From NCBI GenBank assembly GCA_963762565.1, contig CAVXLD010000012.1, positions 192,001 to 256,000 of the forward strand: a stretch of DNA of 64,000 nt, given 5' to 3'. The notes below the pieces were generated by a model. It was given only the letters and a program-made list of their open reading frames with translations, searched no databases and had not been told where the DNA came from. Numbering within the stretch: the stretch's first letter is position 1; each line of letters opens with the position of its first letter. The stretch comes from an uncultured Verrucomicrobiae bacterium (lineage in GTDB: Bacteria; Verrucomicrobiota; Verrucomicrobiia; Chthoniobacterales; JAFAMB01). This document shows, in pieces, positions 28,410-41,116 of this stretch. A program made the translations under genes and the position numbers.

Positions 28410-28665
28410 CGTCGCCCGCCCGGGATTGTAGGAGAAGGAAAAGGGAGGCTTACCGGCCTTGAAATTGCCCGGGGATTTGCTTAAGCGAATTGGCTTAGAA
28501 TTGGTTCTTAGGGTTGATGTACTTGGGGTTCATGGATGGTGTAGGATGGTTGATGTAGGATGGTGTAAGAACCTGGCTGGTTCGAGAGCATTGCATGAGT
28601 GTTTGCTCTTAGCCTGTCGGACGGGCCCGGAAAAAGAAAACGGCGTAAAAGTTACTGAAATTAAC

Positions 28666-28693
28666 TTGACCGTTTGGAAAGAAAGATTAAGGT
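28666..28693 (+). promoter_or_regulatory. Putative rrn P2 promoter (TTGACC-N16-TAAGGT) with A-rich upstream tract
   Basis: Hexamer match with a 16-nt spacer, typical of rrn promoters. Confidence 0.55.
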
Positions 28694-28856
28694 GAATTTC
28701 TCCGGCGAAACGGGGGACGCACAAAAGGGTGCGGTTGTTCTTCCAGTTTAAGGGACTTCAAATTGACTCAATTTTGTCCCGGTTGAATAGAAGCAAGACT
28801 GCCTGTTTGGCCGGACACAGATTGAGTTTTTTTGTCGTCATAAACCGAGACGACAA

Positions 28857-28869
28857 TGGTTCTTTGATA
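28857..28869 (+). promoter_or_regulatory. rrn leader boxA antitermination element
   Basis: TGGTTCTTTGATA; similar copy GGGTTCTTTGACA in the 16S-23S spacer. Confidence 0.6.
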
Positions 28870-29092
28870 GTTTGGTTCTGAGTTTATCAGGGTTGATAAA
28901 CACTCAGAATGGTGATGTCAGCGAAGACTGTGTTGTGCGTTAAAACGTCAACATTTTAGTTTTAATAGTTTTCATTGACCGACAACACTTACGCTCTCCG
29001 GAGAAATTCGGATGAGTGCGAAGAACGAATTGGTCAGAATCTTTTATGTTCGGCAAAGCCGCCGAACACCTAGCTCACGTTAGGAGATACTT

Positions 29093-30621
<1,529 letters not shown>

Positions 30622-30804
30622 TACCTTCCTCGGATTTTTCGAGGATGGAGGTCGACAGCTAAATCGATTGCTGGGGTAACCGATGTTTGGTAACCGGCGG
30701 TCGACATGCTGTAAGCCCTGCAGAGCGAAAGCGAACGCAGGCCTAAGATGTTGAAACGACTAACGCACAACTCAGTTTTTGCTGATAATTACGAAGCCCT
30801 TGGC

Positions 30805-30883
30805 AACGCCGAGAACGCCGGGATTGCCGACAACGCCGTGAACCGTGTATCTGTTGTCGGCGTTGTCGCTCGATAACGGCGTT
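30805..30883 (+). repeat. rrn spacer hairpin element, copy 1
   Basis: AACGCC...GGCGTT closing stem; 3' 33 nt match copy 2 at 29/33. Confidence 0.7.
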
Positions 30884-30895
30884 AAGAAGTTCCAA

Positions 30896-30968
30896 GGGGG
30901 TATAGCTCAGCTGGTAGAGCGGTAGCTTTGCAAGCTATAGGTCAGGGGTTCGAGTCCCCTTACCTCCA
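30896..30968 (+). tRNA. tRNA-Ala (TGC), CCA not encoded
   Basis: Acceptor GGGGGTA/TACCTCC, anticodon loop TTTGCAA, T-loop GTTCGAG. Confidence 0.97.
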
Positions 30969-30974
30969 ATAACA

Positions 30975-31061
30975 AACGCCGCGAGCGCTCCGGCAACCGC
31001 CGGACCAGCAAGGCCGTGAACGGAGATGCCGTTGCCGGCGATGACGCTCGATACCGGCGTT
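30975..31061 (+). repeat. rrn spacer hairpin element, copy 2
   Basis: Same ends and 3' arm as 30805-30883. Confidence 0.7.
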
Positions 31062-31074
31062 AAACGTTTTTTTC

Positions 31075-31148
31075 GGGCCTGTAGCTCAGTTGGTTAGAGC
31101 ATGCGCTTGATAAGCGCAGGGTCACTGGTTCGAGCCCAGTCAGGCCCA
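31075..31148 (+). tRNA. tRNA-Ile (GAT), CCA not encoded
   Basis: Acceptor GGGCCTG/CAGGCCC, anticodon loop TTGATAA, T-loop GTTCGAG. Confidence 0.97.
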
Positions 31149-31324
31149 TATTTGAGCCTGGCTATAGTGGTCGGATGACACTTCGTAATTTTAGCAAGAA
31201 CACACCATTTTTAGTGTTTGGCAGTTCATGGTGGCGAAAGCTGCTGTGACATTGAGCCTGAGAACTCAAGCCAGACCATCTCCGCCTTCAGACATGAAGG
31301 TCCCGCGGAAGCGGGAGTGAGGGA

Positions 31325-31337
31325 GGGTTCTTTGACA
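31325..31337 (+). promoter_or_regulatory. Spacer boxA
   Basis: GGGTTCTTTGACA upstream of 23S. Confidence 0.6.
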
Positions 31338-31484
31338 TCTGCATATAGGGTAGAGAATACAACTTTAGTAAGAAACGGAGATGATATGCTTCGTTTCAGA
31401 TATGGCGCTGAGTCTGAAGTGCGGAAATGAAGGGCAACCTTTGTTTCCTGAGAACTTCAGTTATCACACAAATACAGATCGAAA

Positions 31485-34333
<2,849 letters not shown>

Positions 34334-34435
34334 ATCTATTTGTAAAGCTAAGATCTGTTTTGTGCTTAGCGCCAGTCTCTACCCTTATATGCAGGTATCA
34401 GAGAACCCTGTGAGTTCTTTTAAATAGTGAACAAC

Positions 34436-34530
34436 AACGCAGTTGGTAATGCCCTGACTCCGGCAACACGCAGATACGGTTACGATAGATCGTTCCCGGC
34501 GTTGACGGCGCTCGCGGTGTTTCCGGCGTT
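34436..34530 (+). repeat. rrn spacer hairpin element, degenerate copy 3 (23S-5S spacer)
   Basis: AACGC...CTCCGGCAAC...CCGGCGTTGAC...GCTCG...CCGGCGTT. Confidence 0.5.
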
Positions 34531-34675
34531 GAATTAGAGTGGTTAGCTTCTGCTGATCCATGTTGATCCGCAGCCCCTAACCACATTTTAATTACTTTGG
34601 TCGTCAGATTTTCTGGTGAAGTTGAGGGTGAGACCGCCCCCATCCCCCTCGGGCTAACTTCGACTTCGCCAGCTT

Positions 34676-34790
34676 TCTGGTGATCCTAGCGCAGTGGTCC
34701 CACCCGTTCCCATTCCGAACACGGAAGTGAAACGCTGCAGCCCCGATGGTAGTGCTTCTATAGGTTGTGCGAGAGTAGGACATTGCCAGA
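34676..34790 (+). rRNA. rrf: 5S rRNA
   Basis: TCTGGTGA...CCCATTCCGAACACGGAAGTGAAAC...CGATGGTAGT...GAGAGTAGGACATTGCCAGA. Confidence 0.97.
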
Positions 34791-34795
34791 GTTAT

Positions 34796-34833
34796 GAACC
34801 CCAGGTTCCGAAAGGAATCTGGGGTTCTTTTTT
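34796..34833 (+). terminator. Rho-independent terminator of the rrn operon
   Basis: GAACCCCAGGTTCC-GAAA-GGAATCTGGGGTTC followed by a T run. Confidence 0.9.
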
Positions 34834-34887
34834 CCCGTAATCGTCCTCCTCTTTCTAATGAACAGTGCGGTGGTGCAGCCCCAGCGC

Positions 34888-35154
34888 CCTGGAGGGGAGC
34901 CGCTTCGCAGGGTTGCAGCTCTATCGGCTGGCAGCCACCGAAAGCCTCCGGGGGTAGACAGGCGGCTCCCGGGAACGTCTCATCGTCTGCCATCACTCAT
35001 CGCTTCCGGATCCAGACACGGTACAACGCTGGGTGATCAGGTCGTGGGCTATTCGCGGGAGCCGCTTGCTTGTGTGGATTTACAGCGGCGATGATCCAGC
35101 GGCTCCGGTTATCCTTAGCGGCCCGACGATGCGTAAAAGCGGCTCCCCTCCAGG
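34888..35154. repeat. REPIN/MITE-like element bounded by perfect 18-bp inverted repeats
   Basis: CCTGGAGGGGAGCCGCTT (34888-34905) and AAGCGGCTCCCCTCCAGG (35137-35154). Confidence 0.75.
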
Positions 35155-35238
35155 CTTGGGGCGCTTCGACGATCGCAGGTGTTGTAACCGCTAATCATCC
35201 TCGTCCTTGCTGCTGGGAGGCGCAGCACCCCGCCTCAG

Positions 35239-35730
35239 TCAGGCCACACTTACTTTCTGAATAACCACGTCTTCTTTTGGCACATCCTGATGTCCGCCCG
35301 AGCTACCGGTGCCGACCTTCCTGATTTCATCAACCACGTCCATGCCCTCGGTAACCTTGGCGAATACGCAATACCCCCAGCCGTCGCGACTTGGGGACTT
35401 AAAGTTGAGAAAGCCATTGTCGACCACGTTGATAAAGAACTGAGCCGTCGCCGAGTGCGGATCACTCGTGCGTGCCATGGCTAACGTCCCCCGATCGTTT
35501 TTCAGTCCGTTATCCGCCTCGTTCTTAATCGTTTTGTTGGTCGGTTTTTGATTCATTCCTGGTTCAAATCCCCCACCCTGAATCATGAATCCCTTTATAA
35601 CCCGATGAAAAATGGTGTTGTCGTAGAAGCCAGATCGGCAATAGTCCAGAAAATTCTGCACCGTTACCGGCGCTTTCTCATCAAAAGTCTCAATAACGAT
35701 ATCGCCGTGATTTGTATGCAAAGTGACCAT
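35239..35730 (-). CDS. ppiB: Cyclophilin-type peptidyl-prolyl cis-trans isomerase B
   Basis: [47 protein letters not shown]. Confidence 0.95.
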   Translation of the reverse strand: MVTLHTNHGDIVIETFDEKAPVTVQNFLDYCRSGFYDNTIFHRVIKGFMIQGGGFEPGMNQKPTNKTIKNEADNGLKNDRGTLAMARTSDPHSATAQFFINVVDNGFLNFKSPSRDGWGYCVFAKVTEGMDVVDEIRKVGTGSSGGHQDVPKEDVVIQKVSVA

Positions 35731-35862
35731 TGCTGACCCCTACGGTGCGAAATCTACTGGGTCAATGGGCGGCACCGCTTCAGAGGTGCTTATCTCTAAC
35801 TACTCAAACGAAGTTCAAGACCGGAGTGGTTCGTGTTCCTCTTTTCCAGGCCAACCAACCGA

Positions 35863-36741
35863 TTATCCGCAGACAGAAATTCCTAGATCCGGATCCAAAC
35901 TGGCAACCGTGCCGTGCCGAAACGCAACATTTCTGCTCCCATGTCCGACCGGCAACCCCCAAAGCACGGGGATTGAAAGGGGTTCCAGCATTTCCCTGAC
36001 GGCGTTTTTCAGCCAATCTTCGTTTTCATCGTAGCGACCACAGCCTTTCAGCTCGCCGACTCCAAGCCCGATGGCTCCGGTTAAGCAACCACTTTGGATG
36101 AGCTGCCATAGGCATCGCTCGATTTTGTAGGTCGGCTCGTTGATATCCTCTAGTACTACAATCGCACCGTGCGCGTTCATCGCGTGCCTGGTACCTGCCA
36201 AGCTCGCGATCACGGTCAGGTTTCCGCCGATTAAAGGGCCCTGTGCGATCTTGGCGGGCCCGCACAAGAGCTGCCCTGTCAGGGTAGTGTTCCTGCCTTC
36301 GTACAGTAACGATCGAAGTGCGTCCCAGCTGAATTCATCTACTGATTGATCGTCAGTTCCCAAACTGGCCAGGCCCGGTCCATGCACTGACGTGAGGCCC
36401 GCGTTAAACAGTGAAATATGCAGAGCAGTCGCATCCGAAAAGCCGACCACGAGCCGCTGTTCCATAGTGTCCCACGGAATATCGGAAAGCAATTGCACAG
36501 TCCCGGAACCGCCTCTCGCGAACCACACTGCGTCGATGTCAGGTGCGGTCAGCGCCCACATCAAGTCGATGAGGCGCGCGTCTCGAGATCCGGCGTAATA
36601 GCGATGCTGATCATAGATGTGCTGGCCGAGAACATATTCCCAGCCGCAGTCGCGCAGACGCGAAAGTGGGAAACGCAGTTTTTCCGGATCAACGCGTCCG
36701 GCCGGCGCCACAATGGCTATCTTAGCTCCTGGTTTCAGCAT
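35863..36741 (-). CDS. LD-carboxypeptidase (peptidase S66)
   Basis: IVAPAG, ARGGSG, GFSDAT (catalytic Ser), GGNL, LEDINE, PVGHG. Confidence 0.92.
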   Translation of the reverse strand: MLKPGAKIAIVAPAGRVDPEKLRFPLSRLRDCGWEYVLGQHIYDQHRYYAGSRDARLIDLMWALTAPDIDAVWFARGGSGTVQLLSDIPWDTMEQRLVVGFSDATALHISLFNAGLTSVHGPGLASLGTDDQSVDEFSWDALRSLLYEGRNTTLTGQLLCGPAKIAQGPLIGGNLTVIASLAGTRHAMNAHGAIVVLEDINEPTYKIERCLWQLIQSGCLTGAIGLGVGELKGCGRYDENEDWLKNAVREMLEPLSIPVLWGLPVGHGSRNVAFRHGTVASLDPDLGISVCG

Positions 36742-36970
36742 CTGGATTGTGTGAAGGACTCCGAAATTGCTGTCGTAAACGCCGGAAACGGCTCTCGTAA
36801 ACCCAATCGTAAAGTTGCATTTTTTCTGGAAACAACTGCATGGCCTGAGTCCTCAGGCGGAGCCGCTCGACATCGATTTCCCGATCCGAACAGGTCGTAG
36901 CGACGATTAAGAAGCACAGACGATCGACGCGCTGCTGAAAACGGCTATAGGATGCCTCTCCGGATAGCAT
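36722..36970 (-). CDS. Small hypothetical protein (82 aa)
   Basis: Fills the gap between same-strand genes; protein-like helical pattern RVDRLC.LI...LFP...LYDWVYESRFRRL. Confidence 0.6.
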   Translation of the reverse strand: MLSGEASYSRFQQRVDRLCFLIVATTCSDREIDVERLRLRTQAMQLFPEKMQLYDWVYESRFRRLRQQFRSPSHNPDAETRS

Positions 36971-37015
36971 GGTCGAATGAAGACCGAGGCTCGATGTCAC
37001 ACAAGGCGTGATTCC

Positions 37016-38125
37016 TCAGGTACCGGCTTGCTTGCTGAGAACAATGATCCTGACCAGGTTATCCGCCGGTGCCGGGTGACTGACCATCCGGGCTCTCAGA
37101 CCGTCTTCGAGAGCGGCGAGAAATCCCAGCCGCTCTTGGTGGTGACGATCCGGCCCGAGTGCTTCGGCCAAAGATGGCGCAAAGATCGCGCGAAAGAAAC
37201 CCGCTCGCTTCTTGGCCAAGGCTTCCGCGTCCTTGTCGCGCATATATTCTTCCCAGACTGTGTCGGGTACCGGGAATGTGACGCAATGGTCGACGATTAG
37301 GCCGTGGAATTGGCCATCTCCTGAAAACGGCGCAAGCAAGTCAGATTCGCTCCGTGGATAGATCGCTACGGCCATCTGTTCTCGCTCTTCAGTCCTGATA
37401 ACTTTCCTGGCCACCAGGTCTGACAAAACAGCGTTCGCTTGGTTCATCAGGATAGCGAATCCGGGCGGCTTACTTTCGGCGAGCGCTGGAAGCGCCACCA
37501 CCAAGCGGGCGGTCGGACGCAACTCGGTAGCGCGGAACGACAGGAACGCCTCCCAATCCATTGCTGCCTGACGCGCGAACTCAGCTCGTACCGAGCTAGT
37601 GCTACCGAGAGCGAAGAAATGATCCGGGACTCTGCATGGGATCCGGCTCAGCCATATCGCAGCGTATGAGCTCCACGCTAGATCAACATGATTGCGTGGC
37701 AATATGCGCTGATAGAAGGACCGGCCAACGGCGCTCGGGAAGACGTTTTGCTCGTCTCGCAGATAACTATCCGGATGACTGTGCAATACCTGAAAAAGCG
37801 AGCTGAAGTCATTGCTCGGAAGATCTGTGTGGTAAACGAAAATCGGTTGCTGCTGACCGACGCGAGCCCGCAAAACTCGGATGGCAGCTCGCATCGGCGC
37901 GAGCGAATTTAGGCCTTCGGAAGACCCATAGTCAGCCAGCACGATCGGCTGCTGCCCAACGCCGAGCTGGATCATTTTCGCGGCCTCTTCCAACAGTGGT
38001 AAGGCTAGAGCGCCCCCCGCCGCAGGGATCGCGGAGTGTTTGTTGTAAAAGCCTTTGCCCTCCATCGCGGCAATAGATGTCTTAGGCTCACCCGATTTAC
38101 CCGAGAAACTGCTTTGGGCGTTCAT
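37016..38125 (-). CDS. SAM-dependent carboxyl methyltransferase (SABATH/Methyltransf_7-like)
   Basis: MEGKGFYNKHS, LADYGSSEG.NS, TDLPSNDFSSLF, GRSFYQRILP, WSSYAAIWLS. Confidence 0.85.
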   Translation of the reverse strand: MNAQSSFSGKSGEPKTSIAAMEGKGFYNKHSAIPAAGGALALPLLEEAAKMIQLGVGQQPIVLADYGSSEGLNSLAPMRAAIRVLRARVGQQQPIFVYHTDLPSNDFSSLFQVLHSHPDSYLRDEQNVFPSAVGRSFYQRILPRNHVDLAWSSYAAIWLSRIPCRVPDHFFALGSTSSVRAEFARQAAMDWEAFLSFRATELRPTARLVVALPALAESKPPGFAILMNQANAVLSDLVARKVIRTEEREQMAVAIYPRSESDLLAPFSGDGQFHGLIVDHCVTFPVPDTVWEEYMRDKDAEALAKKRAGFFRAIFAPSLAEALGPDRHHQERLGFLAALEDGLRARMVSHPAPADNLVRIIVLSKQAGT

Positions 38126-38243
38126 ACGGCCGCGACGATAGTATCCCTGTTCTATTTGATGAATAAAAGAACCAAGGACTTAAGTTTCACTCCGTAAGCA
38201 AGTTTCTCTCTTTATCACTTTGCGCGGGACCCCGCCGGCGCAT

Positions 38244-38726
38244 TCAATCCTTGGTAACAGCAATTGCGTCGACCTCAACCAGCAGATCCGGACGGAACAA
38301 CTGCTTCACCACGACCAACGTGCTGGCCGGCGGATGCTCCCGATTTACATAAACGTCGCGGACATCGCGAACCGTTTGAGGATTGGTTGAATCAAGCAGG
38401 TAGAAGCTCAATTTCACGACGTCATTGAATGATGCGCCGGCTTCATCGAGACGAGCCTTCAAATTTGCGAACACCTGCTTAACTTGAGCGGTGAAGTCGC
38501 CCGAGCCCACTACCTGACCCGACTCGTCGAGGGCTACTTGGCCCGAAATATAAAGTGTGCGCCCGCCACGTACCTCGACAACCTGGGAGTAACCCGCCGG
38601 CGCTCGATTCAAAAAACGGATTTGCGGTTCATTCATCGATTTAGCGTCTTTCGCCTGCTCGTCCGCAATAATCCAGCCTGGAGTTACCAGGAGGGCAATC
38701 AGAGTAGCTATCGTTGATTTTTCCAT
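38244..38726 (-). CDS. RidA/YjgF-family protein with N-terminal signal-like extension
   Basis: GYSQ, LYISGQV, FANL, PPASTLV, LLVEVDAIA. Confidence 0.88.
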   Translation of the reverse strand: MEKSTIATLIALLVTPGWIIADEQAKDAKSMNEPQIRFLNRAPAGYSQVVEVRGGRTLYISGQVALDESGQVVGSGDFTAQVKQVFANLKARLDEAGASFNDVVKLSFYLLDSTNPQTVRDVRDVYVNREHPPASTLVVVKQLFRPDLLVEVDAIAVTKD

Positions 38727-38828
38727 TCAAAAATGAAGTTAGAAGCAATTACTAAGGCGCGGGGTTTGACAGATTTGATTCAGGTTCTGTCTGTCCTGCG
38801 GCGACTTTGCCCGACCAGTAAGAATCTG

Positions 38829-39950
38829 CTACTCTGCCTTTCGAATAGTGATGACCGCGGGATCTTTTTCGGGCCGGTACATCGATAGGCCGTAGCAAAT
38901 GGCTGCGCTTTCCTTGTGTGCGTAACGGACTTCCGGTTGACCATCGCAGATAGACTCCTCCTCTTCCGTTTCCTGATAACATTTCCCATGGAGATTGGCG
39001 CTCCATCGCTCCACATAGGAACAGTTCGCCGTCTTCGAGCTACCGGGAATCGCGACGTAACGATTTTCTGTAAGTGTGAGAAATGCCGTCTCTCCAGGAA
39101 GAGGAATCGGAGTCGCCCAATTTGGCGATAGTTTAACGAGTTTTCGCTTATTGAAATCGAACGCCACGACGGTATCTCCGTCGGTGCTGTTAAGATGTGA
39201 GTTAAAAAATACTAGTCGTAGTGGCCCCTCGAAAAGGAATTGTCGATCTTTGCCGGACGGGAGTTGCAAAGGTTCGAACGACGGAAATCCGGGGAGCCGG
39301 CTAATTTCGGTGTCGCTCCCCGATTTTGAGTCATGGAACCACATAATCCAATCCAGTGGATCTGTTTTATCTTTACCTTTGCGCCAGAAGATTTCGCCAG
39401 ATCCATCCGGAGCGTCGATCTTTGCAGGCGGCTGATCTTCGGCGCGAACGACTGCGTCCAGCGCTGTACCAGTCGGATGCTGCGTCTGTTGGATCTCGGG
39501 TGAAGCAGAAGCGGAAGGGGATTCTTCCGCTGACGGTGTAGGAGAAGGGGCCTCGGATTCCTGTTCTTCCGCGTCCGTGAAAAACGGTGAATTTTTCGTG
39601 GACGCGTACCAGTCCGGCGCCTTGTCGAGTTGTTTCAAGTTTGTCCCACGCGGTTCAATGCTCCAAAACTCGTGTTGATCGTTAACCTTCTCCCGAGTGA
39701 ACACGATGGTCGCTCCATCGGCCGAGAAAATCGAGTCGACGTCCTGCCCGGAATTGTCGTTCGTCAATTGCCGCAGCAGCCTCCCGTCCTCGCGATAAAG
39801 ATAAAGATGGGAATGGCTAGTACCGGTCGCTTGGAGATAACGAATGGCAATCACAATCTCAGAATCGCCATGCGCAACAGATGCAAACGCTGTCGCCAAA
39901 TACCCGATGATTAGGCTACTAAGCAAATTGAGATTGAATTGTGTCTTCAC
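38829..39950 (-). CDS. Secreted hypothetical protein with TolB/PD40-like repeat and Ser/Pro-rich linker
   Basis: Signal peptide; LRQLTND..D...FSADG.TIVF; SPTPSAEESPSASASP. Confidence 0.65.
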   Translation of the reverse strand: MKTQFNLNLLSSLIIGYLATAFASVAHGDSEIVIAIRYLQATGTSHSHLYLYREDGRLLRQLTNDNSGQDVDSIFSADGATIVFTREKVNDQHEFWSIEPRGTNLKQLDKAPDWYASTKNSPFFTDAEEQESEAPSPTPSAEESPSASASPEIQQTQHPTGTALDAVVRAEDQPPAKIDAPDGSGEIFWRKGKDKTDPLDWIMWFHDSKSGSDTEISRLPGFPSFEPLQLPSGKDRQFLFEGPLRLVFFNSHLNSTDGDTVVAFDFNKRKLVKLSPNWATPIPLPGETAFLTLTENRYVAIPGSSKTANCSYVERWSANLHGKCYQETEEEESICDGQPEVRYAHKESAAICYGLSMYRPEKDPAVITIRKAE

Positions 39951-40044
39951 GCAAACGTCTTTCAGCGATTTGAGCCAATCCGATACGAAGAAGCAGATCA
40001 GCCATCGAAATAGGCTAGTGAATTGCGGCTTCGGCGTCGAATGT

Positions 40045-40623
40045 TTAAAAGAGATAGGGAATTAGCGCCGCGGTTCTGGCTTGATACTCCTTGTACACCG
40101 AGCCGAACGTCTCCCGCATGAAGCGTTCTTCAAGCGTCAGCTTGCGCCAGAAGGATTCAAAAGCGATCAGCACCCCGAGGATCCCGCACCAATCGCCGTT
40201 TACTATAGCGGTGCCCAAAAAAGCCACCAGTATACCGGTGTAAATCGGGTGGCGCACCAATCGGTACGGTCCAGTACAAATCAGCTGATGATCCTGCTTT
40301 ACCTGAACAGTTCCACTCCAGTTGCGACCGAGATGTTGGCGAGCCCAGACGCTGAAACCTAGACCTGCAGCGATTAACATCACTCCCGACCAGTACGCGT
40401 CAGTTCCTTGTAGTAGAAAACGCGAAAGTAGGAATCCTCCTCCGGGAATCGTAGGGATAGAAAGCAGGATCGACGCGATCGCGATCGGTATGCTATAGCT
40501 CGCGCGCGCCCCGGCCGACTCACGGCGAACGGCCAGCTTCACACCTGCTGCCGACAATCGCCAATAAACCAACCACGGGATCCATAGAAGCAGCACGATC
40601 CCTGCGCGTGTAAGATACAACAT
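40045..40623 (-). CDS. Isoprenylcysteine carboxyl methyltransferase (ICMT/Ste14) family membrane protein
   Basis: WARQHLGRNWS, HQLICTGPYRLVRHPIYTG, EERFM..FG..Y..Y. Confidence 0.9.
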   Translation of the reverse strand: MLYLTRAGIVLLLWIPWLVYWRLSAAGVKLAVRRESAGARASYSIPIAIASILLSIPTIPGGGFLLSRFLLQGTDAYWSGVMLIAAGLGFSVWARQHLGRNWSGTVQVKQDHQLICTGPYRLVRHPIYTGILVAFLGTAIVNGDWCGILGVLIAFESFWRKLTLEERFMRETFGSVYKEYQARTAALIPYLF

Positions 40624-40663
40624 GGCTGGGACCCTATTCGCGGCCAATTGCATTCGTCAACCC

Positions 40664-40937
40664 AGTGTCCTGTCCCATAAATAACATGGCTTTCGCCGGG
40701 GGCCAGTTGGCTGCTTTTCAAGGCGCGAGCGAAGGGCCCATATCTGTTCATACGGGTCGAGCGAGCAACGCGGAAAAACAGCCAACTGGCCACGGCCCAG
40801 AGGGTTGCGATGAAAATGGGTCGGCGGCTGCGTTGCTCTTCGGTTACGTATCGATTCAGATATGCGCCCTCCTCGCGCCTTGCATGCGGCCCATTTTGAT
40901 CGCAACGAAAGCCATGCTATTTATGGGACAGGACACT
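40664..40937. mobile_element. MITE-like non-autonomous element, 274 bp, 32-bp terminal inverted repeats
   Basis: AGTGTCCTGTCCCATAAATA(A/G)CATGGCTTTCG at both ends (31/32); two internal inverted CAAGGCGCGAG...GAGCAACGC units. Confidence 0.8.
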
Positions 40938-41116
40938 AACAAAGACGCGCGGAAATTGTAAATACTGCCTGCTGAATCCAGCTTTTCAGCATGCAGGCGC
41001 TATCCACAGCACGGATGCTGCAATCGTGCCCCAATGTGGTCCCGTTAAATCGCCCGAAAATGGTTCTTTCTATCTCGTTCGATTGGGCTACTTGGTGACA
41101 AAGCAAAGCGAACACG

